Source: a virus
Virus record (IMG/VR): IMGVR_UViG_3300011271_000002
Span: 32,001 to 96,000 of that record
DNA: 64,000 nucleotides
Reading direction: 5' to 3' (one strand)
Positions 8,140-18,340 of this stretch are shown here, piece after piece. Made by a program: the position numbers and the translations under genes. Under the pieces are notes generated by a model, which was not told the origin of the DNA, made no database searches, and was given only the letters and a program-made list of their open reading frames with translations. Numbering within the stretch: the first letter of the stretch is position 1; the number at the start of each line of letters is the position of its first letter.

Positions 8140-11100
8140 TCATCCGTTGCTTACTATTTGCGCTACGTCCCAAACGTTGGTCAACACCACGCTCGCTGCG
8201 CCGTTGATCGTTTCCGTTCCAAACGGAAGAATCGTAACGATATTGGCATCCACGGAAATCTTCTGCACGAACAGAATCTGTCCTTTGGTTTGCGCCGATG
8301 GCAACAGATGCACGATTATGTTGCCAGCCGTGGTGTCACAACCGATGGACCGGTCGCCCTGCAGCACGGTGGTATCGGCCGTCACGACCCTGGTATTCAG
8401 ACCCAGCCCGTAAACATAAAGCAGCCTGAGCGGCTCATCGCCGTCAAGCGATTCGGTTCCCTGGAGATCATCCGTGAACGCACCAATCAAAAGCTGTTTG
8501 CGGACGTAGTTGATGGTCGGAATCGTGATCGTGCTGACCGATTGCGGATCCGGATTATCACCAATCGGGGTGGATGAGAACGGGAACCAACTCGGGCCAA
8601 CGATAATCGGAACTGAAGTCGCATCCATCAACAAGGGTTGATCGAAGGTATAGCCGGTGTGACCATTGGCCACCACTTTCGCGGTTGCCCCGCGATTGAA
8701 ACCAGCCCAAATAAGCCCGAACAAACCGACCTCGAAATTTATGTTGAGTCCAGCGTGTGGATTCGGGATACCGGTGATCTGGTCGATGTTCTGCGAATTC
8801 GACATGCCGGCATCGGTGAAGACCGTGTTCGAGCCGCTGTTGTCATAGCCCTTGAACGAAACCGCGAACACGTCGCCGATCAGGATGTCGCTGGGTGTGC
8901 GATCCAGAGTGAAGGTGCCGGTCGCCGGATCGAACGCCGTGATGCTGTAAGCGCTGAATGGCGCTGCGGCGTTATTCCGCCCCATCAAGATCCAGAAACG
9001 CCCCGCCCAATTATCCGTGAGGCTGACATCCACGCAATCCGGAGAAATTATCGTATTACCGACGATGCTGCCAACCGTGGCACCCTCGACGCCGGCATGA
9101 CCGATTGGCTTGTATTTCAGGATCACGTCATTGACCTGATCGTCCGGAAGCGCCCAGGTGGACCGTGCCAGAGGCCCAGTCAGCGTAACGGAACCAGGCG
9201 TATAGTTGTCGGGCGGCGAAGATGCCGTCAATGCACCGGTCGCCTGCTCGCAGATCAGATCATTGAAGTAGGAAGCGAAAATAGTGTAGGTCGTTAGCCC
9301 GCCAGCGCTGGGCCAGATAATATCCGCGCCGCCATAAAACACCCCCATGTTGCCCCAAATCGCAATGCCCGAGGCGGTCAACGAGTTCCCCGCCAAGCCC
9401 GCAGTGATAGCCGTGCATTGAATGCTCACATTGTCCGCGGCCAACGCCGCCGTCGCGCTCCCATTGGCAGTTGTGGCGGCTGCATAGGCGCTACCGGAGC
9501 CAGCGCCAAGATTTACGGCCGCCGCGAAATTGCTAATGCTGGTAGGAAGGTCGACGCCGATCGCCACATTGCCGTCGACATTGGTCAGCGTGGTCTGAAA
9601 AGTGTATAGTTTGCCCGCGATCTGGACCTGATTGCCATCGCCCGGCTGTGCCGCGAACAGGCCAGCAATCGATGCTTGCGCAGGACCGATCACTATTTTG
9701 TTAGTGTTAGTCCCAGCCGGAATGCTTACGGCAACTATTTTTGATGGTGGAATTTGATTGCGATTGGCGTCCTGAGCGCCGAGCGCGAGCCAGACAGTTG
9801 TGCCGCCCTTTAGAAATCCGCCGGTCGGCAGCACGCTGATGTTGGACAGCATGAGCGACATCGCGACGGTACCTGGAATGAAAGTGGTGCACGGGAATTT
9901 GCCGGTCGCGTTAGCGAACGCCTGGGCGCTTCCATCGGCCAACATCGTGTAGGTTTGCGAGAGATCGAAAGTCCATTCGCTCGGGAAAAGCGCATCGCTC
10001 GCCGAGGCCTGCACCTGGAACGGCGCCCATTGCCCGATCGGAACGATAGCAACGGGACCGCCTTGCGCGATAACCCAAGCGGAAGGAATGCCGGCGGCGT
10101 TCACCGAGCGAATCCGGACGGTGAATTGCTGGCCGGCTGTCAACCCGGGAATTGGGATGCTGGTTATTTTTGGATCTATCTTGCCGAGCGAGATCCAGAT
10201 ACCGGGCGGCGTCGCCAAAAGCTGATATTGGGGCTCGAGGTGGCCCCCATTGATGACATAGGAATCCGCCGGCGCCGTCCAGGAAAGGATCACATTGCGT
10301 TCATGGTCTCCCGTGACGCGTACGTTAGTCGGTGGCGCCGGATTTCTTGTATCGGGAGAGATCGCCTGCTGGAAACCGTCTGGGGAAAGCTCCTCTCCGA
10401 TTACCCAGGCATAGATTGAACTATCCGTTTCCTGAACGTCTATTTCGGTTCCGAGCAGCGTGACATCCTGACCCGAATGCCCCGATTGCCGGTCCATCTT
10501 GAAGCGAAACGCCTGAATTTCCAGCGTCTTGGCGGACCATCCAAAATACGGAAAATCCATTGAGATCACGTCTAGCGGCGCGAGCTGGTAACCGGTCATG
10601 TTCAACATGAAACTGCCGGTCCCCATATTCAATCTGCGCAGCAATTCTATCTTGGCGATTCTTTGAGCGGTCGCGGCGGAATTTGTAAACGGAAGTTGAA
10701 TATCGAGCCAGCGACGGTCGCCGCCATCGTAATCTAAATTTGCATCGAATGTCGGGCCCGCTCCCCAGGTGTATCCGTGATACGTGTCCTGGGCATACCT
10801 GGGAAAGTCAGCAGCCATCCAGCCGTTCGAAGGACTGATGTAGGTTCCCTTGACGCCGTTGTACCGATTGGATATTGAGACCGTCGGCCGCCAGCGGGGG
10901 CCGCCTGTTGAAAGCGAAAGAATCTCCGTTGCTAGCGAGGGCGTGCCGCCAACGCCAATAATGGTAGAGACGCCGGCCCAATGCGCCGGCCAAATCACGA
11001 ATTGTCCGCCCACGTAAGTTATGCGGCCGGCGCAAGAGGTCAGCATGTTGTGGAGAATCTCGCCGCGCTTCATGGTCAATTGAAAACCGCCGTTGCAGGT

Positions 11101-12201
11101 ATAGCGTGGTTCGGTTCCGCCAGTCGCTAGCGGCACAGCCTCATCGCAAATATTGGCGGCGGCGATCAACGGCGCACTCGGGATGTCGGTGCCATAGTTC
11201 GCTTTGAATCCCCATTTCTTGTTCGCCAAATGATCTGCCGTGCATAACGCGGCGTTTTCGCTGTAACCGGAGGTCGAGGTCCTGGGGTCGAAAATGTCGT
11301 TTTTGCCGCGGACCAAAAAGCTAATCTGCGGGAGTCCGTTAGCGAATACTTCGTCGTTGTAGTGAAGGCGCAAAAATACCGCTGTCATCCCAACCAAAGA
11401 ACAGTTTGCGGTCCATGGGTTCGTGTTGTTGTGAACGAGATTGCCGGCGTCGCCGTCATATGGCGTGCCGTTGATCATGCCATTGAAGGTCTGGCCGAGA
11501 GTCTGCGAGCCCAGCATGACCTCCATATAAATTTTGCCGCGATAGTCAACCCAGGCCGTGTGCGTGTCGCCGGTTTCGGAACCAGGGAACGAGGGAATGC
11601 TGATCGCCACGCCGCCGGAAACGTAGGTGAATGTAACCGTGTTTCCTGGTCCGTGCGTGACCGTTTGCACCATGACCTTGCCGTTGAGTCCGGCGCTGAC
11701 CGGATGCACGTTCTGGACGATAACGGAATCGCCAACGGATAACAGCGGAATGTCCTTGCTCACGTGAACCGTAACGATGTTCCCAACCCTGGCGATGCTG
11801 CTATTCGAAGGATCTTGCTGCACCGGACTGAAACTCGTGTTGTTGCGGCCAATTTGAACCTTCTGCTGATCGAAGAGTAGCCAATCGACTGCCTGACACG
11901 GATGGCAGGCGAGGACAATTACAAGATCGCGGTACTTATCGTTGTCGCCGAAAGAATTGTCATAAACCAGCGTGCCGCCCTCGCGTTTGCGGCCATAGAT
12001 TACGTTCCACGGCGCAATCGGATTGCGTTCGGTGGTGGCAAACCCCTGGAGCGGCCCTTTCTGAAATATGGTGCCGAGTGCGCTGAGGACGAGGCCCGCC
12101 GCGGAACTGATGAGAAATTCCGAGAGCCCAATGATGGCCGCCCCAACACCTGGCGTGGGCGCATAAGCTCCGGCGATTTTTCCAAATATGCCCTTGGACA
12201 A
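8140..12201 (-). CDS. Tail tip / host-specificity protein (lambda J / GTA-like), TTG start
   Basis: 1353 aa: PWNVIYGR..GG, GLPQISFLVRG, YSENAALC, AANICDE, RYTCNG, AQRIAKIEL, FN3 domain. Confidence 0.88.
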   Translation of the reverse strand: MSKGIFGKIAGAYAPTPGVGAAIIGLSEFLISSAAGLVLSALGTIFQKGPLQGFATTERNPIAPWNVIYGRKREGGTLVYDNSFGDNDKYRDLVIVLACHPCQAVDWLLFDQQKVQIGRNNTSFSPVQQDPSNSSIARVGNIVTVHVSKDIPLLSVGDSVIVQNVHPVSAGLNGKVMVQTVTHGPGNTVTFTYVSGGVAISIPSFPGSETGDTHTAWVDYRGKIYMEVMLGSQTLGQTFNGMINGTPYDGDAGNLVHNNTNPWTANCSLVGMTAVFLRLHYNDEVFANGLPQISFLVRGKNDIFDPRTSTSGYSENAALCTADHLANKKWGFKANYGTDIPSAPLIAAANICDEAVPLATGGTEPRYTCNGGFQLTMKRGEILHNMLTSCAGRITYVGGQFVIWPAHWAGVSTIIGVGGTPSLATEILSLSTGGPRWRPTVSISNRYNGVKGTYISPSNGWMAADFPRYAQDTYHGYTWGAGPTFDANLDYDGGDRRWLDIQLPFTNSAATAQRIAKIELLRRLNMGTGSFMLNMTGYQLAPLDVISMDFPYFGWSAKTLEIQAFRFKMDRQSGHSGQDVTLLGTEIDVQETDSSIYAWVIGEELSPDGFQQAISPDTRNPAPPTNVRVTGDHERNVILSWTAPADSYVINGGHLEPQYQLLATPPGIWISLGKIDPKITSIPIPGLTAGQQFTVRIRSVNAAGIPSAWVIAQGGPVAIVPIGQWAPFQVQASASDALFPSEWTFDLSQTYTMLADGSAQAFANATGKFPCTTFIPGTVAMSLMLSNISVLPTGGFLKGGTTVWLALGAQDANRNQIPPSKIVAVSIPAGTNTNKIVIGPAQASIAGLFAAQPGDGNQVQIAGKLYTFQTTLTNVDGNVAIGVDLPTSISNFAAAVNLGAGSGSAYAAATTANGSATAALAADNVSIQCTAITAGLAGNSLTASGIAIWGNMGVFYGGADIIWPSAGGLTTYTIFASYFNDLICEQATGALTASSPPDNYTPGSVTLTGPLARSTWALPDDQVNDVILKYKPIGHAGVEGATVGSIVGNTIISPDCVDVSLTDNWAGRFWILMGRNNAAAPFSAYSITAFDPATGTFTLDRTPSDILIGDVFAVSFKGYDNSGSNTVFTDAGMSNSQNIDQITGIPNPHAGLNINFEVGLFGLIWAGFNRGATAKVVANGHTGYTFDQPLLMDATSVPIIVGPSWFPFSSTPIGDNPDPQSVSTITIPTINYVRKQLLIGAFTDDLQGTESLDGDEPLRLLYVYGLGLNTRVVTADTTVLQGDRSIGCDTTAGNIIVHLLPSAQTKGQILFVQKISVDANIVTILPFGTETINGAASVVLTNVWDVAQIVSNG

Positions 12202-12202
12202 T

Positions 12203-12634
12203 CTATACCCGCCACGCCGTCACCGCAAAACTGAGCGGAATGCGCAGCAATTCCTTTTTGCCGGGGATGACGATCTGGGCGCCGTTCAAGGCCAATATCC
12301 CAATGGAATAATCTCTTGGTCTTTTTACGACGATCATGTCGCCGCGTCTGGCCAGCCCCGGCGCGGCCTGCTCCATCGAATGTTCCTGAGCTAGCTTTTC
12401 CGCAATCCTGGCGACGGATCGGTGTCCGCAGTATTCCCGAATTCGGCGAATCGCCGTGTTTGCCGAATCGTATCGCCCGCGGAATTTAGTCGCTACATCA
12501 ACACCCGTCATCACCTGGATTGCGTCGGCCGCAAACAGACAGCAGTCCCAGCGCCCATACAGAAACGCGCGCTCGCGATTCGCCAAGAAGAAATTGTCCA
12601 ATAGCGATTCCCAGTTTACAAATCGTGTCAGCAT
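12203..12634 (-). CDS. NlpC/P60-like tail assembly protein (DUF6950-like)
   Basis: FLYGRWDCCLFAADAIQVMTG..ARRGD motif at its typical tail position. Confidence 0.8.
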   Translation of the reverse strand: MLTRFVNWESLLDNFFLANRERAFLYGRWDCCLFAADAIQVMTGVDVATKFRGRYDSANTAIRRIREYCGHRSVARIAEKLAQEHSMEQAAPGLARRGDMIVVKRPRDYSIGILALNGAQIVIPGKKELLRIPLSFAVTAWRV

Positions 12635-12635
12635 C

Positions 12636-13217
12636 TCAAATGTTGGTGCTCGAGGACGGAACGCGGCCCCATGGCACGGTGATTTCCTGAATGGAGATCA
12701 CAAAGAAGAAGCCGCGATCTCCAGGAGAATCAATTTGCTGATCGTCCTGAGTGTAGCGGCGATCGACCGCCACGTTCATATCGAGCAATCTGTTTTCGCA
12801 GTTGATCGAAATCGTCGCAGTATCGGCTCCCACTTCAATCGTCGGCTGATCCATCCGCCCGCTCCAGGAAGTGAATGGCGTTGCAATAAGAGTTCCGGAG
12901 TTGTCGAACAATCCGAGATAGAGCAACACTGGTAGGCCCAGTTGTAGATTCTGAAGCGCCTCGGCCAGCATCGCGGGGTCAATGCCGCTGAGCGTTAAGG
13001 TGATGCCCTTTGCCTCCACGGTGTCGCCTTCCTCGATAATGGAGCAGCCGCCGTAGGTCCCGATACCGATCCAACTATGCGTATTCCACACCGTCGTGCC
13101 CACGCCGCTCCACACATAGACGATTCCATCCGCGAAATGAAGCTCGACAAATATGGCGGGCCTCATCTCGGTCGCCTGCACCGCAGCCAACATCCCACTA
13201 GTTAATGAGCGCGGCAC
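12636..13217 (-). CDS. Minor tail / baseplate hub protein
   Basis: ITLTLSGID, WSGRMD, RRYTQDDQQ..PGDRGF motifs. Confidence 0.8.
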   Translation of the reverse strand: MPRSLTSGMLAAVQATEMRPAIFVELHFADGIVYVWSGVGTTVWNTHSWIGIGTYGGCSIIEEGDTVEAKGITLTLSGIDPAMLAEALQNLQLGLPVLLYLGLFDNSGTLIATPFTSWSGRMDQPTIEVGADTATISINCENRLLDMNVAVDRRYTQDDQQIDSPGDRGFFFVISIQEITVPWGRVPSSSTNI

Positions 13218-13604
13218 TTACTTGGCCTCGCGGATTTCGAACTGAACCCCGAACACTCGCATCTCAGAGATCGACCATTTTCGCGTGTTGGTTTTCAATC
13301 GCCAATAGCGCGAGCCGATACTGGAAGCATATTGGGTGGCGAAAGCTGACCCGAATTGGAAGACGTTGGCCATACCGTTCAATGCCCGCAGGAAGGTGAT
13401 CCAGGCTTCCGACTGTGTTTGCGTTAACGGCGGATAGGCTACGATCGCTTCCTCGGGAAGCGGGCCCCAATTCTGGGTTTGCTGCTGGCCGGTGAACAGA
13501 CTGATGTTGATCGCTACCGCATCGTCAATAATGAATTCGATGGATGCTGGGGCCGGCGGATTCGTCGGTATCGTGATGACGTTCCAGCCGAGATAGGTTG
13601 GCAT
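13218..13604 (-). CDS. Putative distal tail protein
   Basis: SLFTGQQQTQ, AWITFLRALNG..NVF, VQFEIREA; first tail gene after the tape measure. Confidence 0.65.
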   Translation of the reverse strand: MPTYLGWNVITIPTNPPAPASIEFIIDDAVAINISLFTGQQQTQNWGPLPEEAIVAYPPLTQTQSEAWITFLRALNGMANVFQFGSAFATQYASSIGSRYWRLKTNTRKWSISEMRVFGVQFEIREAK

Positions 13605-13665
13605 GGCTTAAAGGATAGTTTGACACAAGCTTCGGCGAGAGTTGCGTGATTGGTATTCTGTTGAA

Positions 13666-13956
13666 ATGAACAGAAGGTTGTTTTTTAGTCGATTCCTGGC
13701 AGCCATCATCAGTCTGAAATCGCTCTACGGCGTGGGTAGTTTATCAAATCGCGAGAAGATCGCGGCATCGTTAAAAATGTGGGGGCATGTAAAGTTAAGC
13801 GATCTCGGGAAGGTAGAGTCGCGCACCTTTTCGAAACAAGAAATATTTATCCCTGCGCATTGGGGCGATCCGGCTTTGACGAAAAGGCGAGTCGTAATGG
13901 GTCTTCTGTCGGCGCATCGTTTCGATCAAGGAAGATTAGATTGGCGTTTCTTATAG
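13666..13956 (+). CDS. Small protein with twin-arginine-like N-terminus
   Basis: MNRRLFFSRFLAAII; TG-N-TATTCT 6 nt upstream. Confidence 0.55.
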   Translation: MNRRLFFSRFLAAIISLKSLYGVGSLSNREKIAASLKMWGHVKLSDLGKVESRTFSKQEIFIPAHWGDPALTKRRVVMGLLSAHRFDQGRLDWRFL

Positions 13957-14277
13957 TCAGAACCATCTTCTCCGACGCGGAGCCTGATTCATCACCGGGC
14001 GGGGCAACAGCAACTTGTAAATGAATTGCGCCTGCTCTGGCGTAAACGCGGCCTTTCTGGCCTCAACAAAGAACTGCTCTTTAGCGTTTTCTTCCGCAAA
14101 TAACTTAGCAGCGCCTGGACCGATAAAATCGGGATGCTGGCGCGGCAACAATGCTCGCCACAAAACTTCCACGGACACATCTCGCTCGCGATGCAATTCT
14201 CGAAAGAACTCCAGCCAAGCTCGCGATTGCTCTTCAGTCAGCGGCGGGAAATAGACGGGCATGCCGAAAACGGTCAT
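13957..14277 (-). CDS. Hypothetical protein
   Basis: ORF in a cassette inserted into the tail module. Confidence 0.5.
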   Translation of the reverse strand: MTVFGMPVYFPPLTEEQSRAWLEFFRELHRERDVSVEVLWRALLPRQHPDFIGPGAAKLFAEENAKEQFFVEARKAAFTPEQAQFIYKLLLPRPVMNQAPRRRRWF

Positions 14278-14359
14278 ATGGTGATCACGGCTCTGAATCC
14301 ATTGACTGTAGCGCCCAGCGAGGCATCTTCTGCTTCCTGGCCGACGAAATATTTATCGC

Positions 14360-14647
14360 TCATATAACAATCCAGTCCCCGAGAGGACGGCCTTCGCGTG
14401 GGCTGGGGCCATAGCGATCCTCGCCAAAAACAGTATTGATCCGTTCATTAGGAAACGCCGCGTGTGTCTTCGCGATAGCCTCCTCTGTTGTATTGGCTAT
14501 AACAACACAGGAAGTAACGCGCGGCTTCCCCTTTTTCCTGATCAGCGGAATCTGGTCCCCGGTGGCGGCGTATTCGTATAGACTTTCAAAATACACCTTC
14601 CAGATACGCCCCCTGTACTTTACGGTTTTCGTTCGTTGCTTTTTCAT
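14360..14647 (-). CDS. Hypothetical protein
   Basis: GGAG SD; ATGA overlap with the RHH gene. Confidence 0.6.
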   Translation of the reverse strand: MKKQRTKTVKYRGRIWKVYFESLYEYAATGDQIPLIRKKGKPRVTSCVVIANTTEEAIAKTHAAFPNERINTVFGEDRYGPSPREGRPLGDWIVI

Positions 14648-14787
14648 GAGACTCCCTGTTTCTTGGCCATTTCCCGCACAGCCATTTCCATCACGGCGGT
14701 CTGCGTGACCCCGAGATTAGCAGCAAGCTTCACGAGCAGGCGTTTCCCTATCGCGCTGAATCGGATTGCTGTTTGTGTTTTAGCCAC
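14644..14787 (-). CDS. Ribbon-helix-helix protein, 47 aa (not in ORF track)
   Basis: MAKTQTAIRFSAIGKRLLVKLAANLGVTQTAVMEMAVREMAKKQGVS; promoter TTGACA(14824-14819)-18 nt-TACACT-7 nt-GTG. Confidence 0.75.
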   Translation of the reverse strand: MAKTQTAIRFSAIGKRLLVKLAANLGVTQTAVMEMAVREMAKKQGVS

Positions 14788-14841
14788 AGCCGGAAGTGTA
14801 TAACGATTGGCTACGCGATGTCAAGCTAGCAAGATTGGGGC

Positions 14842-17793
14842 TTAATTTCCGGCAGAGGACAGCGTTCCATAGGGGACGCGTCGAAGGCGATCGGCATTCA
14901 CGCGTACGGCGGTGCCAACGGCATCACGATGCGCCGCGAGTATACCCATCCTCGTTCGTTGCTCGGTGAGCACGGGATCCGTCCCGCGCGCATCGATTGC
15001 ATAGTATGCATTCGGCCCGCCACCGCCGAATGCCCGGCGCGCGGACGCATTGCTCATGATCGTACCTGGGCTATTTGGGAAAAACGGCTCGGCACCGCGC
15101 TCTCCGACCAAATAGGCCGACCCAGGCGAGACTGGACCGCCGCTAGCATGCGGTATCAGCGAGCTCGCCAACAGACTGAAAATCCCACCTCCCTTGTCGC
15201 CCTCACCGAATAGTCCCCCAATGCTCTTGCCGAGTCCGTCTCTCGCGCCGCCGAGTCCGAGTGAATCGGCTAGCTTCATATAGCCCGGATTGGTTTTTGT
15301 GAAATCCGGCTTGCCGCCGCCGATGAGATCCGTTAGCCCGCTGAGCTTAGGAAATGCCTTGCCAAGCGCGCCAAGGCCTTTTTGGGCCATGCCCTTGATC
15401 TGGCCCTCGACTACATGGCCGCCAATGTCCTGGAAGACTTTGCTGAAAGACGTTTTCTGGAAGGTCGCCAACTTGGCCAGCTCGCCGGTGACGCGATCAA
15501 AGCCCATGTGAAACGCTTCGTAAATGCTTTCGGCGGCCGATTTACCATCCCGTTGCATGTCCAAGAAAAAGGCCCGGACGCCATCTCGCATGCCACGCAT
15601 GGCGAGCGATTGTTCCGCGAGAATTCGGAGTTGATCGTTGCGGAGATTGCGTAGCGAAAGTTCGATTTCGAAATTCGTGTGCCCGCTGGCAATGATCAGC
15701 TCGAGTGTGGTGATCTGCTGATTCAGCGCTTCCAACTGATTTTTGTAGATTAGACCGGTGCGCATGGCCTCGGCGGTGATCTGCCGTTGATGTTCCAATC
15801 GGGCCTCGCCGGCCTCCGCCACAGCCTCTTGCGTCAATCCGCCGGCACCAGGAATCGGAGTGCCACCACTTCTCACGGATTCGATAGCTCTATTTTTTAA
15901 TGCCGCGCGCCGTTCCGCCTCGGCGCCTTCCGTGATGGCCGCAGTGAGTCGCTTCGTGGCGGCGATTCTTTCGTTGATGCGTGTCATCGCAGCCGCGGAT
16001 TGATTGATCCCTCTCGCCTTGAATAAATCAAGCTCGGCCTTAATCTGCTCCTTTGTGGCACCGTCCTCTTGCATCTTGGCGAGTTTGACTTGAAGGGTCG
16101 CCAAGCGCACCGCTTCCGCTCCCTGACTTTGGACTTGCGCCAAGCGGTTTTCCAGAGTGATTTCGTCCATCAATTTATCGGAAGCGTTCTTTGCCTGCTC
16201 GAGATGCTTCGCTTCATACTCTGCGGCGTATTTGGATCGCACTGCCGTCACCTCATTCAGGTGGGTGAGCATAAATATTTCATCGTTGTATTTCTCAGCG
16301 CCCACGGCCGCGGCCACGCGGGTTTCCACGTTCGCCTTTTTGATGGCCTCGTATCCTTTCCCGATCGCGGCGGTCAAGGTCTCCTGGGATCGAACGCTAT
16401 TCCTGATCTGCGCCGTGGTCTGGGCCAGTTTCGTCTTCCACTTTTCCTCTTCGCCAGTGGTCACGATCTGAAGCTCAATAGCTTTGATGGAATCCTTCTG
16501 CGAGGTGCTCAGTTGCGTGTGCCGACGTTCTAAGGCCTTGTTCACCTCCTCGATAATTTTCAGCGACTCCCCATAAGCTGCGGCAACCGCTTTTTCTGCC
16601 TCGCTGAGTCCGGCAGCGTCCACCTTCGCCTTTGCCGCCGCTAGTTCCGCCGCCAATTTTTTCATGCGGTCCTGGAACGGGCGATCCAGTTTGGCGTTTT
16701 CGGCATCGCTCGTAAGTTTTTCCTTTTTTGCGGCCAGATCCTCTTCGGCGAACTTTTTAGGAACATACCGGGCTTGTTCGGCCACATAGCGACGGGCTTC
16801 CTTCAACTCCTCCAATTCCACGGTGTTTTCAGTGGTAGCAGCGTGCCCTACGAGGCTTGGCACTCCTTGTGGATTTACCAGCGTACGGGATTTTGGACTA
16901 GTCTCGTATCGTAAAGTGTTCTTTCTGGCTTCTTCCGCATCGGCGATGCGTTTATCCAGGATTGCCAACTTAGCATCGAAGAAGTCTTTCAACTCACTTT
17001 TTGTCTTTTCGCGCGCGGCCGCTATTGCTGCGGTTTGGAGTTTGGGATCTTTAATCGTTCCAGCAGCTTCTATTTTGGCCCGCCCTTGGTCGGTGATAAC
17101 ATCCATTTCGGCCTTCATGCCGCCACCGCCAGCTTTACCACCGATAAACTCGCGGATGTATTTCGTGCCGGTCTCGCCGAGCAATCGCCGCATGATGCCG
17201 ACGTCTGATTCCTTGAGTAGTTTGTAAAGCGCGGAGAGGTCTCTGTCCAGAGCCATCGCTAGATTGTCGGCCGCAGCGCGGGCTTCATCCAACGCTAGTT
17301 TCAGCGTGTTCTGTCTTCGCCCTTCCAATTTGGCGATCTGGTTTTCGAGGCGATCATTCGTCACGTCGAGTTGATCGTTTGTCAATTTTAGCGGAGCATT
17401 CAACTCTCGAAACATCAGATTCACTTTTTCAGGGGCGTTCTGTATGGTTTTGAAAAATTCGTAAACTTTTTCTCCAATGCCGACGATCAAGCCTGAAAAG
17501 GCAACCGCGCCAACGATGGGAAAGGCAGCCTGCAACACCGGGCTCAGCCCCAGCGTTGTGGACATGAAGCGCTCTACCGCCCGCACGTTGTGGGTGAGAT
17601 TGCCCTCCATCGTACGGATCGCGCCGCTCGCCGCCATCATACTCGATGCGGTGTGGCCGCCGAACTCCCGCATGGCCTGCGATCCGGAGGAGCCGAATTT
17701 CTTTACACGAACCTCGGCTTGATTGATATCGCTGGTGAAGCGGCTGGTGCCTGCGGCGAGATCGATGACCACGGTTCCAATTCTTTTTGGCAC
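14842..17793 (-). CDS. Tape measure protein
   Basis: 983 aa, Ala/Glu/Lys helical; N-terminal IGTVVIDLAAGTSRF; C-terminal HASGGPV..YLVGERGAE. Confidence 0.92.
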   Translation of the reverse strand: MPKRIGTVVIDLAAGTSRFTSDINQAEVRVKKFGSSGSQAMREFGGHTASSMMAASGAIRTMEGNLTHNVRAVERFMSTTLGLSPVLQAAFPIVGAVAFSGLIVGIGEKVYEFFKTIQNAPEKVNLMFRELNAPLKLTNDQLDVTNDRLENQIAKLEGRRQNTLKLALDEARAAADNLAMALDRDLSALYKLLKESDVGIMRRLLGETGTKYIREFIGGKAGGGGMKAEMDVITDQGRAKIEAAGTIKDPKLQTAAIAAAREKTKSELKDFFDAKLAILDKRIADAEEARKNTLRYETSPKSRTLVNPQGVPSLVGHAATTENTVELEELKEARRYVAEQARYVPKKFAEEDLAAKKEKLTSDAENAKLDRPFQDRMKKLAAELAAAKAKVDAAGLSEAEKAVAAAYGESLKIIEEVNKALERRHTQLSTSQKDSIKAIELQIVTTGEEEKWKTKLAQTTAQIRNSVRSQETLTAAIGKGYEAIKKANVETRVAAAVGAEKYNDEIFMLTHLNEVTAVRSKYAAEYEAKHLEQAKNASDKLMDEITLENRLAQVQSQGAEAVRLATLQVKLAKMQEDGATKEQIKAELDLFKARGINQSAAAMTRINERIAATKRLTAAITEGAEAERRAALKNRAIESVRSGGTPIPGAGGLTQEAVAEAGEARLEHQRQITAEAMRTGLIYKNQLEALNQQITTLELIIASGHTNFEIELSLRNLRNDQLRILAEQSLAMRGMRDGVRAFFLDMQRDGKSAAESIYEAFHMGFDRVTGELAKLATFQKTSFSKVFQDIGGHVVEGQIKGMAQKGLGALGKAFPKLSGLTDLIGGGKPDFTKTNPGYMKLADSLGLGGARDGLGKSIGGLFGEGDKGGGIFSLLASSLIPHASGGPVSPGSAYLVGERGAEPFFPNSPGTIMSNASARRAFGGGGPNAYYAIDARGTDPVLTEQRTRMGILAAHRDAVGTAVRVNADRLRRVPYGTLSSAGN

Positions 17794-17933
17794 TAGATCG
17801 CCGCCTTTATTTTTTCAGAACAGGGCTTGCCACGCCAGGCATAATCGATCCGCGATTGGGTAAAATAGAAACGGGCCGCGACGAAGTTCATAGCTTCGTG
17901 CAGCCCTGACCGATGCGACCGATAGGGAGTCAC

Positions 17934-18335
17934 ATGGCTACCACCAATACTAAGGGACCAGAGCCGAATAGTGGCTGTTGGCTGTGGACTGGCATGCTCA
18001 AGGATAGCGGCTACGGAAAGATTCAAACCGGCACGTTCGCCAACCCCAACATGCAGCGGGCGCATCGCGTTGCCTACGAATTGTTCGTTGGCCCAATACC
18101 TCCCGGACTGCAACTTGACCATCTTTGCCGGGTTTCTAGTTGCGTCAATCCGAATCATCTGGAGCCGGTCACTAATGCAGAGAACACAAGACGCGGAATC
18201 GCAGGACAGTGGCAGAAAAACAAAACACATTGCCCACAGGGTCATGAATACACAATTGAAAATACCATGATGTATTTGGGAAAGTGGAGGCGCTGCCGAA
18301 CATGCAGCAGAGAGCGTAATCATCTTGCCGCTTGA
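17934..18335 (+). CDS. Free-standing HNH homing endonuclease (antisense insertion)
   Basis: GCWLWTG, AHRVAYE, LDHLCR..CVNPNHLE, KTHCPQGHEY; GGGAG SD. Confidence 0.9.
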   Translation: MATTNTKGPEPNSGCWLWTGMLKDSGYGKIQTGTFANPNMQRAHRVAYELFVGPIPPGLQLDHLCRVSSCVNPNHLEPVTNAENTRRGIAGQWQKNKTHCPQGHEYTIENTMMYLGKWRRCRTCSRERNHLAA

Positions 18336-18340
18336 CGAGC

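Noticed and set aside
2908-12201. Diversity-generating retroelement or invertase shuffling of fibres
   Set aside because: No reverse transcriptase, invertase or adenine-specific TR/VR pair was seen. The fibre similarity is N-terminal paralogy.
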